The notes beneath the pieces were generated by a model. That model did no database searches, was not told where the DNA came from, and saw nothing but the letters and a program-made list of their open reading frames with translations. Positions 1 through 9,160 of a stretch of 64,000 nt of DNA are shown piece by piece. Where the stretch lies: the NCBI GenBank assembly GCA_964644355.1, contig CAZXUW010000001.1:106060-170059 (forward strand). The letters run 5' to 3'. How positions within the stretch are numbered: the first letter of the stretch is position 1; every line of letters starts with the position of its first letter. The position numbers and the translations under genes are program-made. This stretch comes from an uncultured Bacteroides sp. (GTDB lineage Bacteria > Bacillota > Clostridia > Christensenellales > CAG-917).

Positions 1-1608
1 CGTTCTGCAGAGGTGTACGGTGATTATGCCGAGCCGACCAAGGCGGACAAGTGGATTGCCGAAAAGCTGAAAATAAATCCAATGAATTTGCTCATGGGAT
101 TTTCAGTGATTTTGGGCGTGTTGCTTGCGGTTGCATTGTTTATGATTTTGCCAAATTTCTTGGCATCGCTTATATGTGACAACATCACGGCAATAGCAAC
201 TTCATCTCTCAAAAGCCTTTGGTACAGCCTCATTGAGGGCGGACTAATGCTTTGCATATTTATATGCTACATCGTGCTTGTCACGCTCATGAAGGACGTC
301 CGCAGAGTGTTTATGTATCACGGAGCGGAGCACAAAGTTATCACGTGTTATGAGCACGGGCTTGATCTCACCGTTGAAAACGCAAGAAAGATGAAAAGAG
401 AACATTCTCGTTGCGGAACCACCTTCCTATTTTTTGTTGTGGCAATCAGCATTATGGTGTTTGTGCTCGTCAACTTTATGCTTGAAAGGTGCGGACTTGT
501 CGTTCAGGGCAGTGGAGCCGGTGTGAAAATCGCAAACGGACTTATAAAAATAGCTTTCAAATTGCTCTTTTTGCCGGTTGTGGCAGGCCTTTCTTACGAG
601 CTTCTCAAGCTTCTTGCAAAGAGTGATTGCTTGTTTGTACGCATTTTGCGTGCTCCGGGCATGGCACTTCAAAAACTCACCACAAAAGAGCCTACCGACG
701 ACATGCTTGAAGTGTCCATAACGGCATTTAAGACAGTGTTGGCTATGGATGAAAATCCCAACCTTAAAGAGACGAAATTTGACATTCGTGTGCCGTATGA
801 CTATGCACGAGCAAAGCTCAAAGACATGGCAAAGACAGCCGACGAGGCGGATATAGATTGGCTTCTTGTCGAGGTTACGGACAAAAAGCGTAGCGAGCTT
901 GCCTCTCTCAAATCCATAAGCAAGGCGGAGTTTGAAAATGCTCAAAACATCGCAAAGAAAATGGAGGACGGCACACCCCTTCAATACGCACTCGGATATG
1001 CAGAGTTTTACGGGATTAAAATTGCCGTCAACAGCAACGTGCTCATTCCTCGTCCGGAAACGGAGGAGCTTGTTGAAAAAGCCATAGCACAAATAAACGG
1101 TATGGGTGAAAATCAAAAGCCCGATGTGCTCGACTTGTGCACGGGCAGTGGAGCTATTGCCGTTGCGATTGCAAAGAATACGCATGCAAACGTCAGTGCT
1201 TGCGACGTAAGCGTTGGTGCGATTGACGTGGCACTTGCCAACTCATTGAATACGGGCGTCAGAGTGGATTTTTCAAAGGGTGACATGTGGGGTGCGGTTG
1301 CCAACAAGAAGTTTGATGTGATCGTGTCAAATCCGCCTTACATCCCCTCGGAGGACGTCAAAAAGCTTTCTGCCAAGGTCAAAGATTTCGAGCCGAAGCT
1401 CGCTCTTGACGGTGACAGTGACGGACTCAAATTTTATCGTATAATCGCAAGAGATTTGGACGGCCATCTCAAGCAAGACGGCGTGCTTCTTTTGGAATTC
1501 GGTATAAATCAGTCGGAAGATATCAAGAATATTTTTGGTGATTTTGACGTTGAAATCCAAAAGGACATTGCAGGTATTGATAGAATTGCAGTGGTGAAAA
1601 GAAAATGA
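1..1608 (+). CDS. prmC: DUF1385 (YqhQ-like) membrane domain fused to the release-factor glutamine N5-methyltransferase PrmC/HemK. The 5' end is cut by the window edge.
   Basis: Frame 1 is open from base 1. The N-terminal part has TM segments and [13 protein letters not shown] plus [12 protein letters not shown], typical of DUF1385. The C-terminal part has [12 protein letters not shown], the SAM loop DLCTGSGAI and the NPPY motif (SNPPYIP). Its stop overlaps the prfA start (ATGA at 1605-1608). Confidence 0.85.
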   Translation, partial: RSAEVYGDYAEPTKADKWIAEKLKINPMNLLMGFSVILGVLLAVALFMILPNFLASLICDNITAIATSSLKSLWYSLIEGGLMLCIFICYIVLVTLMKDVRRVFMYHGAEHKVITCYEHGLDLTVENARKMKREHSRCGTTFLFFVVAISIMVFVLVNFMLERCGLVVQGSGAGVKIANGLIKIAFKLLFLPVVAGLSYELLKLLAKSDCLFVRILRAPGMALQKLTTKEPTDDMLEVSITAFKTVLAMDENPNLKETKFDIRVPYDYARAKLKDMAKTADEADIDWLLVEVTDKKRSELASLKSISKAEFENAQNIAKKMEDGTPLQYALGYAEFYGIKIAVNSNVLIPRPETEELVEKAIAQINGMGENQKPDVLDLCTGSGAIAVAIAKNTHANVSACDVSVGAIDVALANSLNTGVRVDFSKGDMWGAVANKKFDVIVSNPPYIPSEDVKKLSAKVKDFEPKLALDGDSDGLKFYRIIARDLDGHLKQDGVLLLEFGINQSEDIKNIFGDFDVEIQKDIAGIDRIAVVKRK

Positions 1609-2693
1609 AAATAAGTGACGGAATGCTCAATCGTTTGGATAAAATCAAAGCTCGCTATAATGAAATAGGTGAGCTTCTTTCCCAAAAGGAAATTATTGCG
1701 GATATGGACAAATTCCGTGCTCTTTCAAAGGAGCATTCCGACCTTATGCCCATTGTTGAGGCATACGAAGTATATTCTGTTCACAAGCGTGATTTTGACG
1801 ATTGTGAGCAAATGTTGTCACTTGAGACGGACGCCGATATGAAGCTGATGGTCAAGCAAGAGCTTGATGATTTGCGTGACGAGATCGACAACGATATCAA
1901 TGCACTCAAGCTCTCGTTGTTGCCAAAAGATCCAAATGAGGACAACAACGTCATTATGGAGATAAGGGCGGGAGCAGGCGGAGACGAGGCTGCATTGTTC
2001 GGCACCGAGCTTATGAGAATGTACCGCCATTATGCAGAGAACAATCGTTGGAAGGTTGAAGAAGTCAACATGAATTACACCGAGCTTGGCGGAGCAAAAG
2101 AGCTTGTGTTTATGATAACGGGCAAGGGGGCTTGGGGCAAGCTCAAGTTTGAAAGCGGTGTGCATAGAGTCCAGCGTGTTCCCGAAACGGAATCACAAGG
2201 CAGAGTACACACGTCCACCGTCACGGTGGCAGTGCTTCCCGAGGCTCAAGACGTTGAAGTGACTCTCAATGAGAACGACATAAAGGTGGACACGTATCGT
2301 TCGGGCGGAGCAGGCGGACAGCATGTCAACAAGACGGAGTCTGCAATCAGAATGACACATATTCCAACAGGTATCGTGGTGGAGTGTCAGGATGAGAGAA
2401 GCCAGATAAAAAATCGCGAAAAGGCACTTAAAGTGCTCAAATCGAGAGTTTATGACCATTTTCAGTCACAAGCGAAGAAAGAGTATGCCGAAAACAGACG
2501 AGCTCAAGTGGGCACCGGTGACCGTAGCGAAAGAATAAGAACGTACAATTTTCCGCAAGGCAGAGTCACCGATCACCGCATAGGTCTTACATTGTACAGC
2601 ATAGACAAATTTATGCTTGGCGATCTTGATGAGATGATAAGTGCTTTGCAAATTGCCGTCCAAAACAAGATGCTTGAAAACATAGATGAATAA
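1605..2693 (+). CDS. prfA: Peptide chain release factor 1
   Basis: 362 aa. It has a GGQ motif ([18 protein letters not shown]) and an RF1-type recognition region ([15 protein letters not shown]). Confidence 0.95.
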   Translation: MKISDGMLNRLDKIKARYNEIGELLSQKEIIADMDKFRALSKEHSDLMPIVEAYEVYSVHKRDFDDCEQMLSLETDADMKLMVKQELDDLRDEIDNDINALKLSLLPKDPNEDNNVIMEIRAGAGGDEAALFGTELMRMYRHYAENNRWKVEEVNMNYTELGGAKELVFMITGKGAWGKLKFESGVHRVQRVPETESQGRVHTSTVTVAVLPEAQDVEVTLNENDIKVDTYRSGGAGGQHVNKTESAIRMTHIPTGIVVECQDERSQIKNREKALKVLKSRVYDHFQSQAKKEYAENRRAQVGTGDRSERIRTYNFPQGRVTDHRIGLTLYSIDKFMLGDLDEMISALQIAVQNKMLENIDE

Positions 2694-2775
2694 AGTTTAT
2701 TTTTAGACGTGACGCGAGATCTTTTTGTGTTGGTTATTAAAATAATCAAATATGAAAAGTTTTTGAAATTCGGGG

Positions 2776-2804
2776 TTGAAATTGACAAATATATTATATA
2801 TAAT
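2776..2804 (+). promoter_or_regulatory. Sigma-A-like promoter upstream of the P-loop gene-thrC-trpS run
   Basis: TTGAAA (2776-2781), 17-nt spacer, TATAAT (2799-2804). GGAGG at 2814-2818 precedes the ATG at 2824. Confidence 0.5.
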
Positions 2805-2823
2805 GTAAGTACTGGAGGTGCTT

Positions 2824-3237
2824 ATGATTAAATTTATATCAGGAGCAAAGGGCACGGGTAAAACCAAAATCATTATTGATATGGCAAACGACAACGTCGA
2901 AACGGCAAAGGGAGACATAGTCTTTCTTACAGATACGGACAGATATATGTATTCTCTCCGCTATCAAATTAGAGTTGTCAATGCCAGCCAACTTAAGAAG
3001 GGCGAGTCCCCTGTAAGCGAAGATGCACTTATGGGCTTCATCAGGGGTTTACTTGCGGGCAATCACGATATTGAAACACTCTACATTGACGGAGCACACA
3101 GAATGCTCAACAAGACGGTGTTTGAAATGAAGGACTTCTTTGATGATCTCAGAGAGGTCGCAAAGAGCACGGACACAAGATTTGTTGTCACAGTCAGCGA
3201 AAACGAGGAGAATTTTCCCGATTTCATTCGTGCATAA
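2824..3237 (+). CDS. Small P-loop NTPase-like hypothetical protein
   Basis: It has a Walker-A-like GAKGTGKT near the N-terminus. The ATG at 2824 lies 5 nt after GGAGG. I did not recognise a family. Confidence 0.55.
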   Translation: MIKFISGAKGTGKTKIIIDMANDNVETAKGDIVFLTDTDRYMYSLRYQIRVVNASQLKKGESPVSEDALMGFIRGLLAGNHDIETLYIDGAHRMLNKTVFEMKDFFDDLREVAKSTDTRFVVTVSENEENFPDFIRA

Positions 3238-3250
3238 TTAGACTAGGAAT

Positions 3251-4735
3251 ATGAAATATACTTGTACCAGAAATTCAAACGTTCAAATTTCTGCGAGCGA
3301 GGCAATTGTAAAGGGTATTTCGGATGACGGCGGACTTTTTGTTCCGACGTCATTCCCGATTTTAAGCGAGGAAGATTTTAGAGCGCTTATCCCTATGAGT
3401 TTTGCACAACGCAGTGCCAAAATCCTATCTTTGTATATGGATGACTTTTCCTATGAGGAACTTTTGAGTTACACTCAAAAAGCATACGAGCGTTTTGATG
3501 ACGATGCCGTTTGTCCCATTGTCAAGGTTGAGGACGGGCTGTATATGCTTGAGCTGTGGCACGGACCTACTTGTGCATTCAAGGACGTGGCACTCACCCT
3601 GCTTCCGTATTTGCTCACGGCAAGCAAGAAAAAGCTTGGCATAAACGAGCAGACTCTCATTCTTACGGCAACGAGCGGTGACACGGGCAAGGCATCCCTT
3701 GAAGGTTTCAAGGATATTGACGGCACTCACGTTGCAGTGTTTTATCCCTCAAAGGGCGTGAGTGAGCTTCAACGCTTGCAAATGGTCACGCAAGAGGGGA
3801 ACAACGTGCACGTGTTTGGCATAAGAGGCAATTTTGACGATGCACAAACCGCCGTAAAAAGAGTGTTTACAGACGATGCAATCAAGTCAAGGCTCAATGC
3901 CCAAAACATTGCTTTGTCGTCTGCAAATTCCATAAACTGGGGCAGACTCGCCCCTCAAATCGTTTATTATATATCTGCATATTGCGACTTGGTTGACAGT
4001 GATGAAATCGAGTTTGGTCAAAAGGTGAATTTCACTGTTCCAACGGGCAACTTCGGCGATGCACTTGCAGGCTATTATGCCTACCGCATGGGCTTGCCTA
4101 TCAACAAAATCATCATTGCATCCAACGCAAACAATGTGCTCACGGACTTTTTCAACGAGGGCGAATATGACGTCAATCGTGACTTCTACATGACGATGTC
4201 ACCATCTATGGATATTCTCATCTCAAGCAATCTTGAAAGGCTTATCTATGAGTTTGTTGATCGTGACGATGAAAAGGTCAAGGAGCTTTACACCAATCTA
4301 AAAAAGACGGGCAAATTTGAGCTTGACTTATCCGAAGTGGAGGACATTTGCCTCTTTGACGCAGGCTGGGCAGACGAGGAGGACACCAAATCCGCCATTG
4401 CAACTTTCTTTGATATAGACGATTATATCATGGATACGCACACGGCGGTGGGAGCGAGCGTATACAACGATTACTCTTGCGATACGGATGATGAGACCCC
4501 TGCAATCGTGCTCTCAACGGCAAATGCCTACAAGTTTGCAAAGGACGTCCTCAATGCGATAGGCGGTAGAGAAAAGGACAGCATAAGAGCAATTGCAAAG
4601 CTTTTCAATCTCACCGCACTCGAATGCCCCGACGCTTTGATAGGTTTGGATGAAAGAGAAGAAATACACAATAGAGTTATCGGCAGAGATGAGATCAAAG
4701 ACGTAGTGCTTCAAATTGCCGACTCTATGAATTGA
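3251..4735 (+). CDS. thrC: Threonine synthase (long form)
   Basis: 494 aa. The PLP-lysine region is GPTCAFKDVAL, and TATSGDTGKA and SANSINWGRL are typical of ThrC. Confidence 0.9.
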   Translation: MKYTCTRNSNVQISASEAIVKGISDDGGLFVPTSFPILSEEDFRALIPMSFAQRSAKILSLYMDDFSYEELLSYTQKAYERFDDDAVCPIVKVEDGLYMLELWHGPTCAFKDVALTLLPYLLTASKKKLGINEQTLILTATSGDTGKASLEGFKDIDGTHVAVFYPSKGVSELQRLQMVTQEGNNVHVFGIRGNFDDAQTAVKRVFTDDAIKSRLNAQNIALSSANSINWGRLAPQIVYYISAYCDLVDSDEIEFGQKVNFTVPTGNFGDALAGYYAYRMGLPINKIIIASNANNVLTDFFNEGEYDVNRDFYMTMSPSMDILISSNLERLIYEFVDRDDEKVKELYTNLKKTGKFELDLSEVEDICLFDAGWADEEDTKSAIATFFDIDDYIMDTHTAVGASVYNDYSCDTDDETPAIVLSTANAYKFAKDVLNAIGGREKDSIRAIAKLFNLTALECPDALIGLDEREEIHNRVIGRDEIKDVVLQIADSMN

Positions 4736-4751
4736 TAAAGGTATAACTATT

Positions 4752-5759
4752 ATGGAAGACAACAACGCAAAACAAAAAGTCGTATATAGTGCACTCAAGC
4801 CCACGGGTGATTTGCAACTTGGCAACTACATCGGTGCACTCAAAAATATGGTTCAACTTCAGGACGAATACAAGTGCATATATACCGTTGCGGATATGCA
4901 TGCTATCACCGTGAACAATTTGCCTCAAGATTTGCGTCGCAGAACGTATGACTTTATGGCATTGTTCTTGGCAATCGGTCTCGATCCTCAAAAGAGCGTG
5001 CTCTTTGTGCAATCGCACGTGCATCAACACTCAGAGCTTGCTTGGGTGCTCAATTGCAACACTCAATTTGGCGAGGCAAGCCGTATGACGCAGTTCAAAG
5101 AAAAGAGCGAAAAGGCACCCGAAAACGTAAACCTTGGATTGTTTGCATATCCCACGCTTATGGCGGCGGATATATTGCTTTATCAAGCGGACTTGGTGCC
5201 CATCGGCAAGGATCAAAAACAACATCTCGAGCTTGCAAGAGACATTGCACAACGCTTCAACACCAAGTATTCTCCAACTTTTGTCGTGCCGGACGGTATC
5301 TTCCCAAAGCAGGGTGCAAAGATCTTCAATTTGCTTGATCCCACCACCAAAATGGGCAAGACGGATGACAATCTCAACGGTGTTATAAGGCTTTTGGATG
5401 ATCCGGATACGATCATGCGTAAGTTCAAGCGTGCAGTCACGGATTGTGACAGTGAAATCGTCTTTAGAGAGGACAAGCCCGGCATAAGCAATCTCATCAC
5501 CATTTATTCCGTCATCACCGACACGCCCATCCAAAGCGTAGAGCAAGAGTTTGCACACTCATCCTATGCCGATTTCAAGACCAAAGTCGGTGAGGCGGTA
5601 TGCGAATATCTCAAGCCAATACAAGATAAGCACGCATATTATATGTCGCACAAGGATTATCTTGAGCAAATCATGCGTGATGGCGCTCAACAAGCTTCAT
5701 ATATCGCCAACAAGACCTTGTCAAAGGTGTATAGAAAAGTTGGATTTGTGCAAGTCTAA
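4752..5759 (+). CDS. trpS: Tryptophan--tRNA ligase
   Basis: 335 aa. The HIGH-region equivalent is PTGDLQLGNYIGA, the KMSKS equivalent is KMGKTD, and GKDQKQHLELARDIA is typical of TrpRS. Confidence 0.93.
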   Translation: MEDNNAKQKVVYSALKPTGDLQLGNYIGALKNMVQLQDEYKCIYTVADMHAITVNNLPQDLRRRTYDFMALFLAIGLDPQKSVLFVQSHVHQHSELAWVLNCNTQFGEASRMTQFKEKSEKAPENVNLGLFAYPTLMAADILLYQADLVPIGKDQKQHLELARDIAQRFNTKYSPTFVVPDGIFPKQGAKIFNLLDPTTKMGKTDDNLNGVIRLLDDPDTIMRKFKRAVTDCDSEIVFREDKPGISNLITIYSVITDTPIQSVEQEFAHSSYADFKTKVGEAVCEYLKPIQDKHAYYMSHKDYLEQIMRDGAQQASYIANKTLSKVYRKVGFVQV

Positions 5760-5817
5760 TTTTAATGGTGGTTTAATACATTTTGGATATTATAAAATTG
5801 TGTGAGGTGCAAAGACA

Positions 5818-6678
5818 ATGTTTGGCTACGTCATTCCGGACAAGCTCAATATGTACATAAAGGATTTCAACGTCTATCAATCCTTTTATTGCGGTCTTTG
5901 CAAAACGCTTGCCCAAACGGGTGCGGAGTTCACACGCCTTTGCACAAGCTATGACCTGACGTTCTACAACGTGCTTTTGCATTCGCTCACAAACACAGAA
6001 GTGAGCTTTGAAAAGAAGCTTTGTGCCTACAACGGCAAAAAGAAAGTGTTTGTCAAGCCTGACGAACTGTCTGAAATTGTTGCAGATATTGCAGTGCTGT
6101 TTGTCTATTACAACCTCGACGACGACGTGCGTGACGGCAAAAAGTCAAGGGCGATTGCAAGAGATATGCTGGTGCACCGCAAGAGAGTTGCAATCAAGAG
6201 AATTGGCGAGATAGACGCCGTTATGCAAAAGAGTTTCGACGCACTCCACACCCTTGAAAAAGAGAAGTGCGACAGCATTGACAGAGTGGCGGATTGCTTT
6301 GCAACACTCATGCGAGACGTGACAAGGCTTGTGATCAAAACGGATGATAACATCGACACGTTCACCTACAATTTGGGACGTCTCATATACTTGCTCGATG
6401 CCGTTGACGACGTTGAGAAGGACAGCAAAGAAAACAACTATAATCCGCTTTTGCTAAATTATGGTTTGTGCACCAAAAAGGCGGATTATCTGGCACAAAA
6501 CGCAGATGAACTTGCGTTTTTGCTGAATTCGACATATAACAAGATGGTCGGGTGCTACAACGCCATGGAGATTAAAATGTATGAGGGCGTGCTTAGCAAC
6601 ACCATATATCTTGGCGTAAAAATGCAACTGGAGCGACTGCTCAAAGGAGAGGAAAAATGCCAACTAACCCGTTTGTGA
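5818..6678 (+). CDS. DUF5685 family protein
   Basis: The N-terminus MFGYVIPDKLNMYIKDFNVYQSFYCGLCKTL matches the DUF5685 signature as I remember it. Confidence 0.7.
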   Translation: MFGYVIPDKLNMYIKDFNVYQSFYCGLCKTLAQTGAEFTRLCTSYDLTFYNVLLHSLTNTEVSFEKKLCAYNGKKKVFVKPDELSEIVADIAVLFVYYNLDDDVRDGKKSRAIARDMLVHRKRVAIKRIGEIDAVMQKSFDALHTLEKEKCDSIDRVADCFATLMRDVTRLVIKTDDNIDTFTYNLGRLIYLLDAVDDVEKDSKENNYNPLLLNYGLCTKKADYLAQNADELAFLLNSTYNKMVGCYNAMEIKMYEGVLSNTIYLGVKMQLERLLKGEEKCQLTRL

Positions 6679-7298
6679 TTTTGGGCTTGAATAACGATGC
6701 TTCTCAAAGCGAAATTCTTGAGGCATACAAGGCAAAGCGTGCTTATTATCAAGCACATATTTTTGACGAGGGCGAGAGCGGTGCAGAGGCTGCTCGCATG
6801 CTTCAATTGCTTGACGATGCGTATCAACAGGCAATGGAACGCTCCCAAGAGGCGTCTTCCGTATATGGTGACGGGGAGTCCTCATTCGAGGCTGTCAAGG
6901 ATGCCATTCGTCGCAAGGACGTGGAGTCTGCTCAACGTGCTCTTGACGAGATTTCCACAAGAGGAGCAGAGTGGCACTATTTCCAATCCATCGTTTTTTA
7001 TGAGAAAAACTGGCTCAATGACAGCAAAAAACAGCTTGAAATCGCACTCCAATTAGAGCCTGAAAATGAAAAATATTCACGTGCTCTTGCCAATCTAAAA
7101 AAGAAAATTGACGGTTCACGCCCCTATGACAAGCAGGGCTCAAAAGGTGTCTACGGCAAAAACGACACCGCCACTGACCGTTCCTATTCTCAACACGATG
7201 CCGACGTTGCGGACGGTATTTGCACGGCATGCCAAGCACTTTGGTGTGCGGATTGTTGCTGTGAGTGTATGGGAGGAGATCTCATTCGCTGTTGCTAA
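6657..7298 (+). CDS. J-like domain / TPR-like protein with a Cys-rich C-terminus; no HPD motif
   Basis: NPFVILGLNNDASQSEILEAYKAKRAYY resembles J-domain helices I-II, but HIF replaces HPD. The C-terminus is CTACQALWCADCCCECMGGDLIRCC. The gene overlaps the DUF5685 gene by 22 nt and has an AAAGGAGAGG RBS. Confidence 0.65.
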   Translation: MPTNPFVILGLNNDASQSEILEAYKAKRAYYQAHIFDEGESGAEAARMLQLLDDAYQQAMERSQEASSVYGDGESSFEAVKDAIRRKDVESAQRALDEISTRGAEWHYFQSIVFYEKNWLNDSKKQLEIALQLEPENEKYSRALANLKKKIDGSRPYDKQGSKGVYGKNDTATDRSYSQHDADVADGICTACQALWCADCCCECMGGDLIRCC

Positions 7299-7491
7299 AA
7301 AATGCGCTATTTGGCGCTATACCGTGTGAGTGCAATTGTCCGATCCCGTCATGTACATAGTGTACATTGGGCGGTCTTGAACAATCACACTTCCTTGTCT
7401 AGCATCCAAAATATCGCATTTTTTACAATCTTAAATTCTTATTGAGAAATTCAAAATCTCCACAATTATTCACTATTCATTATATATAAGT

Positions 7492-8199
7492 ATGAAACGC
7501 AAAATATCTCGTCAACAAGCCATATATCGTGTTGCACTTGCCGGAATTTGTTCAGCGGTGGCTTTGCTTATGGTTTGGCTTGGTGTGGTGGTACGCTTTA
7601 GTACCATCGCATTTTTCATTGCAGGGGGCATTGCTCTTATGGTGCCACTGTCGCAGAGATATTATTTTTCCGCCATTATGGCATATATTGTGTCCGCAGG
7701 ATTATCCTTGCTTATCGCTGGTGACGTCTTTTCGGTTATGGGTTACGTCATCTATTTTGGACCGATTTCATTGATAACGGGCACACTTCTAAATCACAGT
7801 GACAAAATCAAATGGTGGCTTGCGCTCATCATCAAAGTGGTGTATATTAACCTTGCTCTTGCACTGCTATATTTTGTCTGCCACACAATCGTCATCGACG
7901 ATTCGATTATGGACAAGATCGATTATTGGATGATAGCACTTGTTGGCACCATTGCACTTGTTGCGATAGACTACGTCATTCAGATTGTGTACAAACGGCT
8001 TGTTGTGCTTGTCGCAAAATCTTTGCGTAAGCTTGACAAGACACCGTCTAACAATTCATCTCAATTGGATGAGGAAGATGAGGATATGCCACTCGGCGAC
8101 AGCCCGTTTGATGAATTTCGTGACACAGATGTGCAAGAGAACAACCCTCAAGAGGGGGTGCTTGCGGATGATAAAAACGAGGATGACAACGACAATTGA
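7492..8199 (+). CDS. Multi-pass membrane protein with an acidic C-terminal tail (hypothetical)
   Basis: It has about 6 hydrophobic segments followed by LDEEDEDMPLGD...NEDDNDN. I did not recognise a family. Confidence 0.6.
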   Translation: MKRKISRQQAIYRVALAGICSAVALLMVWLGVVVRFSTIAFFIAGGIALMVPLSQRYYFSAIMAYIVSAGLSLLIAGDVFSVMGYVIYFGPISLITGTLLNHSDKIKWWLALIIKVVYINLALALLYFVCHTIVIDDSIMDKIDYWMIALVGTIALVAIDYVIQIVYKRLVVLVAKSLRKLDKTPSNNSSQLDEEDEDMPLGDSPFDEFRDTDVQENNPQEGVLADDKNEDDNDN

Positions 8200-8208
8200 T
8201 TTTGGCAA

Positions 8209-8236
8209 AAACAGCAAAAAGCTGTTTGATTTTTGC
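8209..8236 (+). terminator. Weak rho-independent terminator
   Basis: Stem AAACAGC/GCTGTTT with an AAAAA loop, followed by a T-rich tract. Confidence 0.4.
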
Positions 8237-8332
8237 TTGAATTTTGAGCAATGAAAGTCGCATTTTTGATGCGTGTAGTCGTGCGCCATCAATATGAGAT
8301 TTTGCACAAAAACGCATTTAAGGAGTATGTTT

Positions 8333-8872
8333 ATGAGTAAAAAAGTGCTTATTTTGTCAGGAAGCCCAAGAAATGGCGGTAATTCGGATTTGCTTTGTGA
8401 CGAGTTTGCAAAAGGGGCAAAGGAAGCCGGCAACGACGTTGAAAAAGTGAGTGTTGCCCAAAAGAAAATAGGTGGCTGTTTTGCATGCTACTATTGTGCA
8501 AAGCACTCGGGTGAGTGCGTGCAAAAAGACGATATGGCAGAGCTTCTGCAAAAGATGATCGATGCCGACGTCTTGGCGCTTGCAAGCCCGGTGTATTTTT
8601 ACTCCATCTCCGCTCAACTCAAAGCCGTGATTGACAGAACTGTTGCTCGTTGGCTTGAGGTCAAGGACAAAGAATTCTATTACATAGCAACATGTGCGGA
8701 CGATGACAGAGCATCTCTTGAAACAACGCTTGCATGTTTTAGAGGCTATGCGGATTGTGTTGAGGGTGCAGTTGAGAAGGGCATCATCTACGGCACAGGT
8801 GTATATGAAAAAGGGACGGTCATTTCAACTTCCGCCTTCAAAGAGGCATACGAGATGGGCTTGAGGGTGTAA
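8333..8872 (+). CDS. Flavodoxin-like fold NAD(P)H-dependent FMN reductase family protein
   Basis: MSKKVLILSGSPRNGGNSDLL is the typical N-terminus of this family. AGGAG lies 7 nt upstream of the ATG at 8333. The ORF-track start at 8294 was rejected. Confidence 0.8.
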   Translation: MSKKVLILSGSPRNGGNSDLLCDEFAKGAKEAGNDVEKVSVAQKKIGGCFACYYCAKHSGECVQKDDMAELLQKMIDADVLALASPVYFYSISAQLKAVIDRTVARWLEVKDKEFYYIATCADDDRASLETTLACFRGYADCVEGAVEKGIIYGTGVYEKGTVISTSAFKEAYEMGLRV

Positions 8873-8933
8873 TCTTTGAGTGTCGATAGGCAAACAACGT
8901 ATTGACCTAAAAGTCGGCTTGAAATTAACGTTG

Positions 8934-8965
8934 ACGCATCTATGCTTTTGCGGATGCGTTTTTGT
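8934..8965 (+). terminator. Rho-independent terminator
   Basis: Stem ACGCATC/GATGCGT followed by a T-run. Confidence 0.6.
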
Positions 8966-9160
8966 TTGTCGAAGCTGTTTGTGCAAAAAAATATGCCGAT
9001 GAAGGTTTTTCAAAGGCCATTGATTTTGCGCTCAATTTTATTTTTTCATATTATAATTGAGGTAGGATAAAATTTTGCTTGAAAAGAGCTTCTTTTGTTT
9101 GTATACTTATTGTACTGTTTGAAAATTATAAATCGAGTTGAGATAAATAGGGAGCATAAG

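Noticed and set aside
427-1185. Long antisense ORFs in the six-frame track: 427-1185(-), 5031-5558(-), 32399-33175(-), 42255-42824(+), 47283-48110(+), 54712-55509(-) and 60327-61085(-), plus many shorter ones.
   Set aside because: Each lies entirely opposite a gene with clear family motifs. They lack RBS context and have low-complexity or odd composition, so they are shadow ORFs.
2170-2215. The RF1 recognition tripeptide reads P-E-T, which raised the question of altered stop-codon recognition or a recoded genome.
   Set aside because: The middle position of PxT is variable in RF1. TAA, TAG and TGA all terminate well-supported genes in this window, which is consistent with the standard bacterial code.
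4736-4751. A possible T-box or attenuator leader upstream of trpS or thrC.
   Set aside because: Only 16 nt separate thrC from trpS, and 13 nt separate the P-loop gene from thrC. The 2694-2823 intergenic region is too short and unstructured for a T-box (no specifier loop or T-box sequence seen).
7351-7367. The inverted repeat ATGTACA-tag-TGTACAT downstream of the J-like gene.
   Set aside because: It is a 7-bp arm palindrome with no neighbouring regulator and no second copy in the window. That is not enough for a regulatory call.
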